Shown here in pieces: positions 11,991 to 24,100 of a stretch of DNA of 64,000 nt. The stretch covers positions 98,768,001 to 98,832,000 of the forward strand of contig NC_087472.1 in assembly GCF_036321535.1 (NCBI RefSeq). Direction: 5' to 3'. How positions within the stretch are numbered: the first letter of the stretch is position 1; every line of letters starts with the position of its first letter. This DNA is from Camelus dromedarius. Its lineage: Eukaryota. The position numbers and the translations under genes are program-made. Under the pieces are notes generated by a model. It did no database searches. It worked only from the letters and a program-made list of their open reading frames with translations, and was not told the DNA's origin.

Positions 11991-13989
11991 TTCTCATTTT
12001 CAGTTTCTTTTTCTTCATCTCTATGGTTTTTTGAGAAAGGAATTATGCAAATGTGCACACACTTGGCTGTAGTCCCCAGTAATTCAGTAGTGCAGTTGAC
12101 CTTCCAAAAAATATATGGTTATTGCTGCTTACTTTGAAAGGTTTAGTCATAGAAATTAATAAGTTAAAACCTTCACCTAAGTCCAATAAGATCAGTGCTG
12201 CTTGTCTTAAGGATGAACTATAACTTCCTTTCTGAGTAAAGCCCCCATTAAATACAGTATAAGCCCCTTATAAAACTGATATCAAGGAACATATCTCAAG
12301 ATATTTTGACCTTTTTAATGTGTTGGGACATGATTAGTTCTAAGATATACTGGGTCTGTATAATCTGTCATATACATAGTAAAATAATTTACAATTAAAT
12401 ATAATAGAAAACATTCTAATTTTGTTAACATTTTTTGCCCTAATTTCTTGTAAATCTGTAAGTCTTTAAAAAAACTCACATGGAAAAAGGAATAAAATTT
12501 TATTTCTTATCAAAATGATTCTCATCCACTTACAGTAATGAGATTATAATTCAAAATTAAATCTTAGAGTAGTATTTGATTAAATATAACTATAGTTTGT
12601 TGTAGCATTTTGCTGCCAGTTTTAGTATTACATCTCAGGAAGAAAAAAGTCCTTTTTAAAATACATTACCTTTATTATTATTACTTTGATTCTAGTCTAG
12701 TTAGATCTAAGCCTTCAAAAATTGAACTTTCATAAATTTCATAAATTTATGAAATTTCCTGAGAGTCAAATTTCTAAATTTCTTGAGAGTCAAAAGGGAA
12801 AATAAATGTAGGGCAAGCAGTGTTTGTTTTCTACAAACTGAAGCATCATAGATTAATGAAAAGATTAGTAACATTCATGTGGCAACTTCAATTTAAAGGG
12901 AAATATTGTGAGTCTTGAGAAAGAAATCCAGCACTATTTTTATTTTTTTATTCCATGAAATATACTAGTAATTAAATTAGCCATAAGTCATTAAAGTACA
13001 CATGGACCTCTTTTCTTATTAAAAATGTAAAGAAGCACTAAAATCTTTAAATTGCAACACTACTTTTAATGAAAGTACATTTGAAATACCACAGATTTGC
13101 CATCCATAGATAAAATGTTTTAAACTAATGATGAAATCTTTCTACAGGAGAAAAATGAATTACTAGAAAGCTCATGAATAACTGAAAAAATGTGTTCCAC
13201 CATTCTTTCACTAAATTGATTAGAAAGAATGTTTTTGTGCAGTGACAAAAATAAATTGATAAACAGTCAAGGAGATTTCTATAAACAAACACTAAATTTG
13301 GGGGATTTTAATTATACTCCATTTATATCTCTTACTGCTATCTTCTGTTTCTCAGCATGAAATTATTCTCTGGGCCAAATGCAGGGCCAAGGAGAGTCAA
13401 TCCCCATCACAGCATTGCCAAGTATGACCTAAAAGTTGAAAGCCATTATGTAGTAAATCATGCCAGAGAAATAATCAAGCAGCTAAGGCAATACGTTTTG
13501 GATAGAATTGGCAGTCTTTGCCTTAGAAAAGCACAGCACTTGGGTAGAATCACAATATTTTGGGGGTAGGATTAGGAAAATGCTTGCAAAAATCCTGGAT
13601 AACGTATTTCTGGGTGTGCTGGATAACATGCAGCACCCTCAGAAATAAAAAAAACCCCTTGCTGAAGAAGTATTCTCTAGGGGGTGATATTTACCTGGTT
13701 TGGCCCTCTAAGGGCTCCTCTGAGATTGAAATAGGGTGGATCCAATCTAGTAGTGATCTATAATTTTGGAGCTGTTTTGTAATTCAAGACCTTATGGATA
13801 TAACAAAAGAGTTGTTGAAAATGATTGAATCCTTCAGAATTACATGAAATTTATGTTCAGGTTTTCATGATGGTACATTTCAACATAAACATAAACTCTA
13901 CCAGATATATGGAGCTAAAAGGGGGAGTTTTAGTATAAAATTTTAGGTCTTTGCTCCTGGTGAAAATCATTTGTCAAGATTACTAGGGA

Positions 13990-14280
13990 ATTTTGTGTTT
14001 TCTGGTCTGGCATAGATTCCTGGAACATAGCATACTCTTTCTTGCTTTTGAATCTTAGCTCATGCTGTCATCTCTTTCTGGAGTGATCTCAACCTCGTCA
14101 CCGTAACCAACACACAGATTTACTTAGATAATTACTTCTTATTCAAAAAGACTTCCTCTTCTGTGTTGTATTAAATACTTGTGAATACCTGTGCATACTT
14201 AAAATTGTACCTATCTGTTTAGATATCTTATTCATCTCAGTAATTCCAGTGTCTAGACATAATAGTGTTCAACAGAATGC
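13990..14280 (+). mobile_element. L2 LINE 3' relic
   Basis: 'ttattcatctcagtaattccagtgtctagacataatagtgttcaaca' resembles the L2 3' end. Confidence 0.45.
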
Positions 14281-15333
14281 ACCCACTTTATTTGTAGAAA
14301 ATTTCCAACATGGTACTAGATTGGCTGTCTATTTAATCATTTCATTTTATGTAGAATATTTTGTCAGAAATAATCATAATGTTATCAAATAAAACCCATT
14401 TCTTGTCATTTGAAAGCCACTAAAAAGGTATATGCCTTTTAAAACCAGTGAATATATTGCGTAAGGGACCAGGATGAGAGAGCCTATGTATGAGCACTTT
14501 CAATTCTGGAATGCTTTCCTTAAAGGTTAGCCATTTTCTTTTGTTTGATTTTGGAGTGACTGTGTAGCAAGGGGAATAAATAATCTAGTAGCCAGGTCTG
14601 AGTTCTGTAGCTAGAAGCTATTACTGACTGTATCCACATCTGACTCTGAAGTGGCTGAAACCAGGATTAGAGAAATTCCAAAGTAATTCAACAAGCCTGT
14701 TCTCATTATTGTTAAGGATCAAGCTAACTTTCAAGAACCATGCATTTAAAAGTCTCTCAAAAAAGAATTTTCAAAATATCACAAGGACTCATGTCTTTTT
14801 GCCACATGGTGATAGACAACATAAAGATAGTTGGTATGTAAGACTTGCAAATGTTCTACTTACTACTCTGCTTTTTAGTCTCTTAGATTTCTTTTTGTTT
14901 CTTTTCTTTTTCAGCAATATTTGATTTTTTTTGCCATTGTGAAAATGCTTAGTGCTTCATCAGGATATCTTTGAGAAAAAATGAATATATCATCACTGAT
15001 GCTCAAAAGTTGTAATAATACAAACAAAAGTCACTGAAATTTAAGATGGCATAAAAGAACACTGCTTTTATCTGTATTTTAGGCAAAAGAGCTCTCAATT
15101 CATGTTTTAGAAATTTCTTGTATCAAATTTAGGCTCTTTCTTCATACATTTACATGAAGCTCCTATACTCCCTATGAAAATAGTGATGGTAATTGAAATC
15201 CAGATAGTCAGTTACTGTCAACATTTATGTCACCACTTGCCAAAAATACTTGTGAAGCACCTATTTTCTTCATTTTAAGAATAGAAGAGGGATTTGGAAC
15301 CAATTTATAACAGAAAAAATTACTGAAGCCTTT

Positions 15334-15915
15334 TGCATTAGTTATATATTGCTTCATAATAAATGACTCCAAAAATTGATAACCTTAAAACAACATTTAT
15401 TAACCATGGTTTCTGTGGGTCAGGAATCTGGACATGGCTTAGTTTTGTTTTCTGGTTCAGGGCCTCTTACAAGGCTGCAATCAAGGTGTTGGCAGTGGCT
15501 GCAGTCATCTCAAGGCTCGACTAGGCAGGAGTTACCTGTTTCCAAGCTCACTCTAGTTGTTGGCGAGATTCAGTTTCTCACTGGCTATTGGATTGAAGGC
15601 TTAGTTCCTCACTGGCTGGTGGCCAGGGGCCTTCCTAGTTCCTTGTCACATGAGCTTCTCAATAGAGCATTTCACAACATGGCAGCAGTCTTCTCTCAAA
15701 GCAAGCCAGAGAACGAGAAATGGAGAGCAAGATGGAAGCCAGAATCTTTATGAAATTTGATCTCAAAAGTGGCATCCCATTACTTTTGCTGTATTCTGTT
15801 CATTAGAAGTGAGTCACCAGGTTCAGCCTACGCTCAATGGGGAGAGGATTACATAAGGTTGTGGATACCAGGAGGCAGGGATTATTTGGGCCCATTTTAG
15901 AAGTTGCCTACCACA
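15334..15915 (-). mobile_element. MLT1F-like MaLR solo LTR
   Basis: Characteristic MLT1F phrases 'gtttctgtgggtcaggaatctgg', 'aggctgcaatcaaggtgttggc' and 'ttctgttcattagaagtgagtcac'; tg...ca ends. Confidence 0.85.
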
Positions 15916-16868
15916 CTGCTTTTACAGAAAGTCCTCTTCCTCTAGGTTAGCTGGTTTGGAGTAGAATGGCAGCCAGTTCTAGTTTTTATTTATTAAACAT
16001 TCAGAGTTTTGTTTTTGAAGCCAAAATTATAGCTAGCCCCTGGCATTTCAGCAGAGGGACCACTTCAGACCAAAATGTACTGTTAATTTTTAAAATTAAA
16101 ATATATTAAAGATTAAGTAAAATATGGCAACAAGTATCTGACACTATGAGGAATTGAGAAAGGGTATCAACTAAATAAACTAAGAAAATCTTCCTCATGC
16201 CTTCCTCAATTAAGTAAAATTATCTTTTTAAAATTTTACATGGCAAGAAAGAAAAAGCAGAGTCAGAGGAGGTATGAGAGTAATGACAGCTGCCCATTGA
16301 GAAGGATGGGGGTAAATAAGTCTCTTCTTAAAAGACCTGGAATTGGGACGATAGGGCCTGAGGGAAAGAAATCAAATCACAATATTAGTTTTAACATATA
16401 GTTAAAAGACTGTGAAGAAACAATACAAACCAGGGATAGTTAACATATAGCCCTCATTCTAGGAATAAAGTTTGTTAGAAAAAAACAAAAACACAACCAA
16501 AAAACTTTTGCTCTTACAACTTGGTATAAAAGGGATCTCAAACAATCTCATATCCTTATTGAGCTTTCCTCTGGTAGGGCTATGGAGAGTGGTTCAAAAC
16601 TATATCATAATTTTTAAGATTGTGCCTTTGAAATTGCAGTTAGGAACCTCTTCTATAGCATGAGCTGCAGAGGTATGGTTAATAGGAAAATGTCATGTTA
16701 TATTATAGCTCCTATGATTTAGTCAGAAATTTTTTCATGTAAGGACTCAAATCAGTGTCCATATAAGGACTCAAAGCAGTAGTCCAAAAGGATTCCTGTG
16801 ATGAGGCTGTCCTTACTGCTCTAAACCCTTAGCCCCATCTAGCCATCTGGTTTTAGAGTTAAAGAGGT

Positions 16869-17297
16869 TGTAGTAGATACTGCCTCATTCAGATCCTTTT
16901 TGCATCCATTTGCCAGCTGCTGTGAATTTTGCCTGCTAAAGTCTCAAAGCTGCACCCTTCTCTGGAAGGAACTGACCTTGACAGAAGGGAACTGCCTTGC
17001 CTGGTAGGCCAGCACACCTTCCTGTCGGGCAGGGAACAGTCTGAAGCCAATGATTGACTGAAACTAAGGTATCAAAGCCTGACTATCTTGTCTTGAGGTG
17101 AAATTCATGTTTTGGAACTTCCCAGGGGATGAAGATGAGGCTAATCTACTGACACCACACCTTTGGTTAGCTCTTCTCCTACCCTATCTTGATTTCTTCA
17201 CGCCTTTACAAGATCCTTCTGAGAGCACTCCCTCTATAAATAACTTGCACAAGAATTTCTATCTCAGGCTCTGCTTCTAGTAACCTGATCTAAGACA
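16869..17297 (+). mobile_element. LTR16-family (ERVL) solo LTR, LTR16A-like
   Basis: Starts TGTAGTAGATACTG; CCAAT box 'agccaatgattgactg'; ends 'cttgcacaagaatttctatctcaggctctgcttctag...ctaagaca'. Confidence 0.8.
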
Positions 17298-17509
17298 GGA
17301 GTCAACAGGAAATAAGTTGGGGACTGGGCAGTTCTTTTTAACAACATTGGAGAGTAAGAACCTACTTTCCTGTTTTGGTTTAGGGTGCTCTTTATCACTG
17401 GAACTATTCCCTTGTGTGAAACGTCTTCCTCCCATCTAAAATTATAGGATTGAAAAATAGATAAAATGGTTTATCTGTAATACCCTAGTATTTCTGCCTT
17501 CCTATGAAC

Positions 17510-17608
17510 CAACCTCTCTTCCTTCCAGCCTCCCTTCCTCCTTTCTTCCTTTCCTTCTTTCTTCCTGTCATCTTTTCTTTTCTTTCTCCTTTCTTTCCTT
17601 CTCTGTCT
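17510..17608. repeat. CT-rich polypyrimidine low-complexity tract
   Basis: About 100 bp of almost only C and T (cttcc/ctttc units). Confidence 0.8.
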
Positions 17609-20599
17609 TGCTCCAGAAAAGATTTAAGGTATCTAAATTAAAACATGAATAAAAACGGCATATGGTAGCAAGTGTACCTGGAATGCCCTTCTTACAAAGC
17701 TCTCTAAGAAGCCAATATCCCCTTTAGTGGCAAATATTGAATTCCCAATCTATACAGAACAAAGAAATGGCCAAACTCCCTCACTGGCATTCTTAGATGA
17801 AGATGGTTGAAAAACAATTAACAGAAAAAATATAGAGCTATCAAGTCCATATGTTTCACAAATTCTCTACCCTTAGTTCATGTATACCTGATAAAACCCA
17901 CATTTTTAGAAGGCAAAGCAAAAGGGAAGTGGTCACTGTGGAGGATCTTCTGTTCTGGAGGGCAGAGGCTCTGTGCCTGTTGTGGCTGTTGAGCTACTAA
18001 GTCCTCACCCACTTTTCATGGGTGCCTTTTAAATGAATGCTTTAACAATTCTTGACTTTTCCCCAAATACAGGAGATACTCTGCAAAACTCATATCTTCA
18101 CGACCCATAGATTTTTGTTTTTTGAGCAAAGGTAGTCACATCAAATGTTGGTACATTTCTCACTGCCCCTTGCTTGCCACCCTTCATATTTTTTCCCCAT
18201 AATACATACTTTGCCCCAGCACGACTTCTTCTGTTGTTTTGCCAGGGTGCCCCAGTAAAAGCAACCCTGATTAAAACAGGTCACTTTATGTTTCACTTAT
18301 AGTATAAAATCACTTAAAACCGAGCATACAAATTAAAGCTTTCTGTAAGAATCAAACAAGACCCTTTAGGTGAGTTTAGGTTAGCTATAATCAACTGACA
18401 AATACTCTGTCTTTAATGATGAATCAAAGTCCCTTGTGGGAAAAACTTTTTAAGGACAAAGACTGAATCTGATATCCCTTTCATGGTTTCCATTGGTGTA
18501 CCACTGCAGGCTGCTTACAGAGAGCCCCAAGGCTTTCTCAAGAGCAAGAAGTGTTCACATTTGTGCCCTTGAATGATAGCAGAAAATAAACTTCTACTGC
18601 CAAGGGGCATTCTCATCTCTTTTTCCCAAACGCAGCTATGCCATTTTACATGCCTTCTCTCATCTGAACCAACAGCTCCCCTAGGTACCTTCATAAGCAT
18701 ATTGTAATATAAGGATTGGTTATTCATTCTGCATTTCATCCTTAAAAAATTAGAAAGGCCAAAGTTTTCAAATGAGGAAGTTTAAAATTTTAAAAATATG
18801 CACAGCAGAATAGTGATATGGATGCGTCCAAAGAGAATTGCCTGTACTTCCCTAAGACAAAATTGAAATATAGGCATAGTTCTTCTCTACCTTCCTTCTT
18901 TCGCCCTTTTCATGCCTCTCTTTTGCAATTGGGAACATAGGTCCTGATGCTTTCCCATGTCTGCTGGAGTCTCTCCATTGAACCATGTATACTATTCTGG
19001 CTTGCAGCCCCTGGACTCAGCTTCATACCTTGTTTGTCCTTCTATTCTCAAAATTTGCCTGTTTTATGTCCTATGTCTTACTGTAACAATTTGACATAAT
19101 AATTTATTTGAGTTTATGGACTAAAGACTGTTGATGATTTAATATTTTAACCTCTTGGACTTGTTTTGACAGGCACTCCATGGAAGATAAAATTTTTTTA
19201 ACTCAAAGGGAGAACTGGTGCAATTTCAAGCCCTTCACTAAGTTGGTGGGAGCAATGTTTAGGAGACAGGGGTTCAAGGTTTTTAACGGAGAGCTTGCCT
19301 GCTTTGTTTGGGTACTAAGCTGGCCCTGTACATATGGCCATTATTTTGGCAAACAAGACAAGATAAACATGTTTAAAGCCTGAAAGTGCACACTATGGAC
19401 ATTTTCTGTTGAAAAGAACTATATGGTTTTGTTAAAAGAAACTTTTCTACATTTTGTCCTCCTTTTAATGAATTATTTTTTTTCCTGTGGGAATTAAAGT
19501 CTCTTCCAGCTGTCTTCAATTTCATAACCAAAGTATCCATTTTTGTTACACTCAATCAGCTCTAATAATTACTTTGAAAACCTGAAATTTGTTAATCCAG
19601 GTATGTGGCTCATCCTGCTGACTACATGAATAGCAAATCTATCAGTTCTACCATGCGCAGTATTTAATGCTATGTTCGTTGCTGTGTGCAACTAATTTTT
19701 TTCCTTTTTGGCAGGAACTGGCTGACTGCATTTCATCAAGGGAATGTGGTGGCAGCTTCAGGCTTAAAATATTTTGACGTAATACAAGTGTGACTCTCTT
19801 CACTTGACTCAAGGCTGTCTGTTCCTTAGAAACAAATTTACTCATGGCTATGGTTTTGGGGGTTCAGCTGAATGGGGATTAAGTCAGTTACTAATGTTTT
19901 TTATATATCACTGGCAAAATGCATCTATTAAATATATGAGAATTTTATAGTTCAATCAGAAGAGAATTGTCATTAGAGGTAAAGCATTACTGAATAGACA
20001 TATCATTTGTCATTATAATACAGCTAATACTTCTGCCTTGACTTGGCACTGAACAAGACAGAATCTTCTGCACATTTTGAAACTGTAATATTTTCTACTT
20101 TCTGTATCCTATTACCTTTTTCAAATTCCTGTGCTGAATCAATATCTATGAAATATTACAAAAATTTTTGATGTGTAAGCCATTAAAATGACATGAAGAA
20201 CACCAAGCATTTTCTCCCAGAGACCTTGAATAAATGTTAGTTATTGACATTATTATCTAAGCAGAAATCTCAGCTTCATGATTACTATAGGATTAATAAG
20301 CAGCCCAACTTCCCATAACTAGTTCTTTGTGTATTTGGTAGCTAGAGACTAAGTCAGGACAGACTCCATTTTTGTCGGCATTTTCCTAAATGTTTAAAAA
20401 ATATTCTTTGAGCACAAATGTTATCTGTATGTACACAATGCAGGAAAACAACCTGGATATTTAATAAACCTAGTTGTTAAATTCATTTTAAAATAAATTA
20501 ATGATAAATATTTAAAAGAATGGATGAAACAACGATTAAATAAGTGAGTATGATGTGTATAATAGAACTATGTTTCATACACGAGGTCACATAACATAA

Positions 20600-20990
20600 C
20601 ATTCTTTTAGAAGTGGCAGAAGACCTTGAAGATCTTATAATCTAGCCCTTAATTTTGTAGATAAGGAAACAGACATAATATAATATGCTTGATCACAGTG
20701 TTAGTTGGTGACGGCCCCAAACTCTTAGTGATTTCCCCTCTTTCCATGACAAATCAGATGAGCTTTCTCCAGTATACCTTAGGCCCTGGGAGCTGCTTAG
20801 GGCATTACAAAGAGCATGGCCTTGAGAGGCAGAGAAACCTGGGATTGGAGCTCAATTTTGCATTTTCCAGTTGTGTGTTCCTTGGCGAGTCATTTAACCT
20901 GAACCTTAATTTCTCATCAGTAGCATAATATCTGTCTCACAGGGCCGTTGTAAACGATATAACTTGTGTAACGTACCCAGCAAAGAGTAA
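20600..20990. mobile_element. Two MIR SINE fragments in opposite orientations
   Basis: 'aattttgtagataaggaaacagac...tgcttgatcacagtgttagttggtgac' and 'gttgtgtgttccttggcgagtcatttaacctg...ttctcatcagta...ctcacagggccgttgtaa'. Confidence 0.7.
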
Positions 20991-21191
20991 TGCCCTTCTC
21001 TGCCTTTGATATAGCATATTGTAAAAGAATTATGTGAACAGAGGGTGTCAGTCAGTTCACTGATCCTACATAATTTACTTTTAATTTAAAGCTAACATCA
21101 GAGCTGATCTTACCATATCATTGTGTATCTGAAGGTGAGTAAGAATTTTATTTCCCCATAATAGGAAATCTCATTTCACTGTTTTCCCATT

Positions 21192-21818
21192 TGTATGGTC
21201 AGGCCACATGGCTGTTCTCTTGCTCTCTGTACATCCCCTGCTCAACCAGGCTCTGCTTCACTCACATGACTATCCAATCCTCTTAATTGTAGGGCTTAAT
21301 TAGTAACTGCCTACATGCTTGCCCCCTGCCCCAGCTGCTGATTTCCCTGGTAACTGATGAGCCAACCTAATGGTAACCTCTTTCTCCCCCTGTAGCAAAG
21401 ATTGCTGTCATGTCCTGCTTGCTATCGTACACAGTGGAGTGTCGCTTCAGGGCCCTTTGTTTTGGACTTGTTCAATTCTCTATCCATTAAACCATTGATG
21501 TCTCTGTCACTGTCTCTGAGCTCTTTCTTCAGACTTTTTTTTTTTTTTAAATTCAGAGGAGATTTTATTTTATTTTATTGAAGTATAGTTGATGTGTAAT
21601 ATATGTTTTTTTCATATTCCATTTCATTATAGGTTACTACAGGATATTGAAAATAGTTCCCTGTGCTATACAGTATAAACTTGTTGTTTATCTATTTTAT
21701 ATATAGTAGTAGGTATCTGTAAATCCCAAACTCCCAATTTATCCCTCCCTCCCCTCTTTCTTCAGTCTTAAGGCTGGATAGTTACAAGGCTTGCAGGCCT
21801 GCAGGATGCAGCCCAACA
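21192..21818 (+). mobile_element. Endogenous retrovirus solo LTR (family unassigned), interrupted by an L1 3' fragment
   Basis: TG...CA termini (TGTATGG...GCCCAACA); flanks CCATT/CCATC; ATTAAA poly-A signal near 21486; the sequence is continuous across the L1 TSD. Confidence 0.65.
21537..21753 (-). mobile_element. Short L1 3'-end insertion
   Basis: 'ttattgaagtatagttgat...atagttccctgtgctatacag' L1 3' end; TSD CTCTTTCTTCAG(A/T)CTT at 21521-21536 and 21754-21769. Confidence 0.88.
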
Positions 21819-22389
21819 CCATCTAAGAAAATGCAGATAATGAATTGGTTATAGTATAGACTGTTATGGATAATGAGTTATCTTATCTACTTGAATTCCT
21901 CCCTGTTAAATACATGAGAACTGGTGAAGTTCTCTCTCAATAGACACTCTGAAATTTTCTATGATTTTTTTTGTACTCCAGTCATACCTAAGTCACACCT
22001 TTGACTTTAGACCATTTATCCCTTTGGCCCCATTCTCCTGTTTGCTAAGATTCTGTAGGGAATTCTGGCATTGGGTACCAAGATTGCTGAAAGCAAATAG
22101 CACTGTCTTCCGCATCCTAGAATGACTGACAGTCTCCTAGAAAAGGAGATGTTGCATCTGCAGCAGGGAATCATAGATGCAAACTGAGGAAATTAAAAAC
22201 AAGATAAAAGACCTAGATCATCAATCATCTTTGCCAGTTTATTTTTCTGCAGAAGTGGATTAAATCATTTTTTCTATGTTGGGAAATAAAATGAAGAGTA
22301 GCAGCATGACTTTTGCTCATTTTATTTTCTTCATCTGAAAACAAATAAAAAAAATCATGATGATGGAATGACTAAAACAAGACTTAGTG

Positions 22390-22530
22390 CATGATGAATA
22401 CGTACTAGGGACTTGTGTATTATCACAATGCCCTGTAAACTAGGGAAACGGAGTCTTAGAGAGTTAAGTAATTTAATGAGGATCATACAGGGAGTGGATC
22501 TAATACTCAAACCCACATCTGCTTTTACTG
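22390..22530 (-). mobile_element. MIR fragment
   Basis: 'cacaatgccctgtaa...ggaaacggagtcttagagagttaagtaattta...atcatacag...actcaaaccca'. Confidence 0.65.
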
Positions 22531-23124
22531 CTACTTAATACTGACTGAATATTAATCAACCTACTTCTGTGGTTTTAAAACCACAGTGAAAAAAGTGAAG
22601 TACAGTCAAAATATGGATAGATTTGCCATGCTAAGTATTACCTATTGGAAGAAGACTAATCACTGAAAATCAATTTACCAAAGGCCATTCGCCTAAAGCT
22701 AATTTGTCAAATGACCATTTCACCAAATGACCGATTGGCCATTTTACTAAATTTAGAAATTTACCGAGAAATACGATTTGTATTCAAAGACTAAGAATAC
22801 ACATTAAATGAATGTACTTATGAATATATCCTTTATTAATTATTTACATTTAAATATATTTAAATTACTCCATATTATTCACAATCATCTTTCTTATAAA
22901 TATGTTGATAAAAAGAATATGTTCGTAGAAGACTATGCTATTCTATGACCCTTAACTTTTGACCAATTGAACATTCCTTAAAATGCTTCTAAGAAGCATA
23001 TGATTGTTGAATATATTAACTAAATTCAAGACTATTTCTTAAAACATGCTTTGGTAACTTGATAAATTTAGGAAGTTTGGCAAGTGGTCATGCAAACTTT
23101 TATGTGAATATAAATCACTCACAA

Positions 23125-23282
23125 TGGTTATGTTAATCTTAGTGTGCATCATTTGGGGATCTTGTTAAATAGCAGATTTTGAATCTGTAGGTCTGGGTGT
23201 GGCCTGAGAATCTGCAGTTTCTAACAAGCTCCCAAGTGATGCCTATGCTGCCTGCTTCAGACCACATTATGAATAACATAGA
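23125..23282. mobile_element. MER5A-like hAT-Charlie MITE
   Basis: 'gtaggtctgggtgtggcctgagaatctgcagtttctaacaagctcccaagtgatgc'. Confidence 0.8.
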
Positions 23283-23951
23283 TTTATAGAGAATTAACTT
23301 TCACTGAGTCGATAAGGAGTGAACTGAACTAGAATTGTATACATCACACCTATTTTACTCCCTCACTGCACTGACCTTTGTTTAAGACACCCTGTATAAA
23401 GAATATTTTGCTTAGCTATTAACATGACTCATCTTTGAACTGGTACAGATTTGGGTAATGAGACAAAAGCAAAAAATTGCTTTATTATTGTGTCAGTAAT
23501 CTAAACAGTTTGAGGAAAGCCATGATACCATCTGCTGTCCTGTCTAATTTCTCCTAAGCTCTCAGCATGAAATATGTCCATAAAATTTTTAGCAGTTAGA
23601 AACATGCATACTTAGCATTATTGCATAATAATGGAGTTTTAGCAACTCACCGACAATTTGAAGTACCTGTTTTCATTGCATGTAAATAAATGTGATCATG
23701 TTGGATATTTTGAAAACTAGGATAGAAAGAAATATGCTATGCATCATAGTTCTTTGACCTAAATTACCTTGATAAAATGAATTATTATTGATAGTCAAGA
23801 AGAAAATGTGTATTATCATCTACATCTGTGAAGAATACTTCATTATGCTGATAGAATTGCTTTTTGCTTTGAGAAAAATATCTTTCAAATAATAACTTCA
23901 AATATCTAGTTAAGTATGATTGGTAATAGAGCTGAGTTGTAGGTTTTGTTT

Positions 23952-24100
23952 AGTGCACGTCTCAACCTTGGCTGTATGGAATCACCGGGGGAGCTTTAGA
24001 AAAATCCTAATACTCAAGCCACTCCCCGGATTATCTAAATTTGAATAACTGGTATAGATTTTTCAAATTTCCCCAGGTGATTCTAATGTACAGACACAGT
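23952..24100. mobile_element. MER5A/B-like MITE
   Basis: 'tctcaaccttggctgtatggaatcaccgggggagcttt...ccccaggtgattctaatgtacag'. Confidence 0.75.

Noticed and set aside
15376..15753. 125-aa ORF
   Set aside because: It is the antisense reading of an MLT1F-like LTR.
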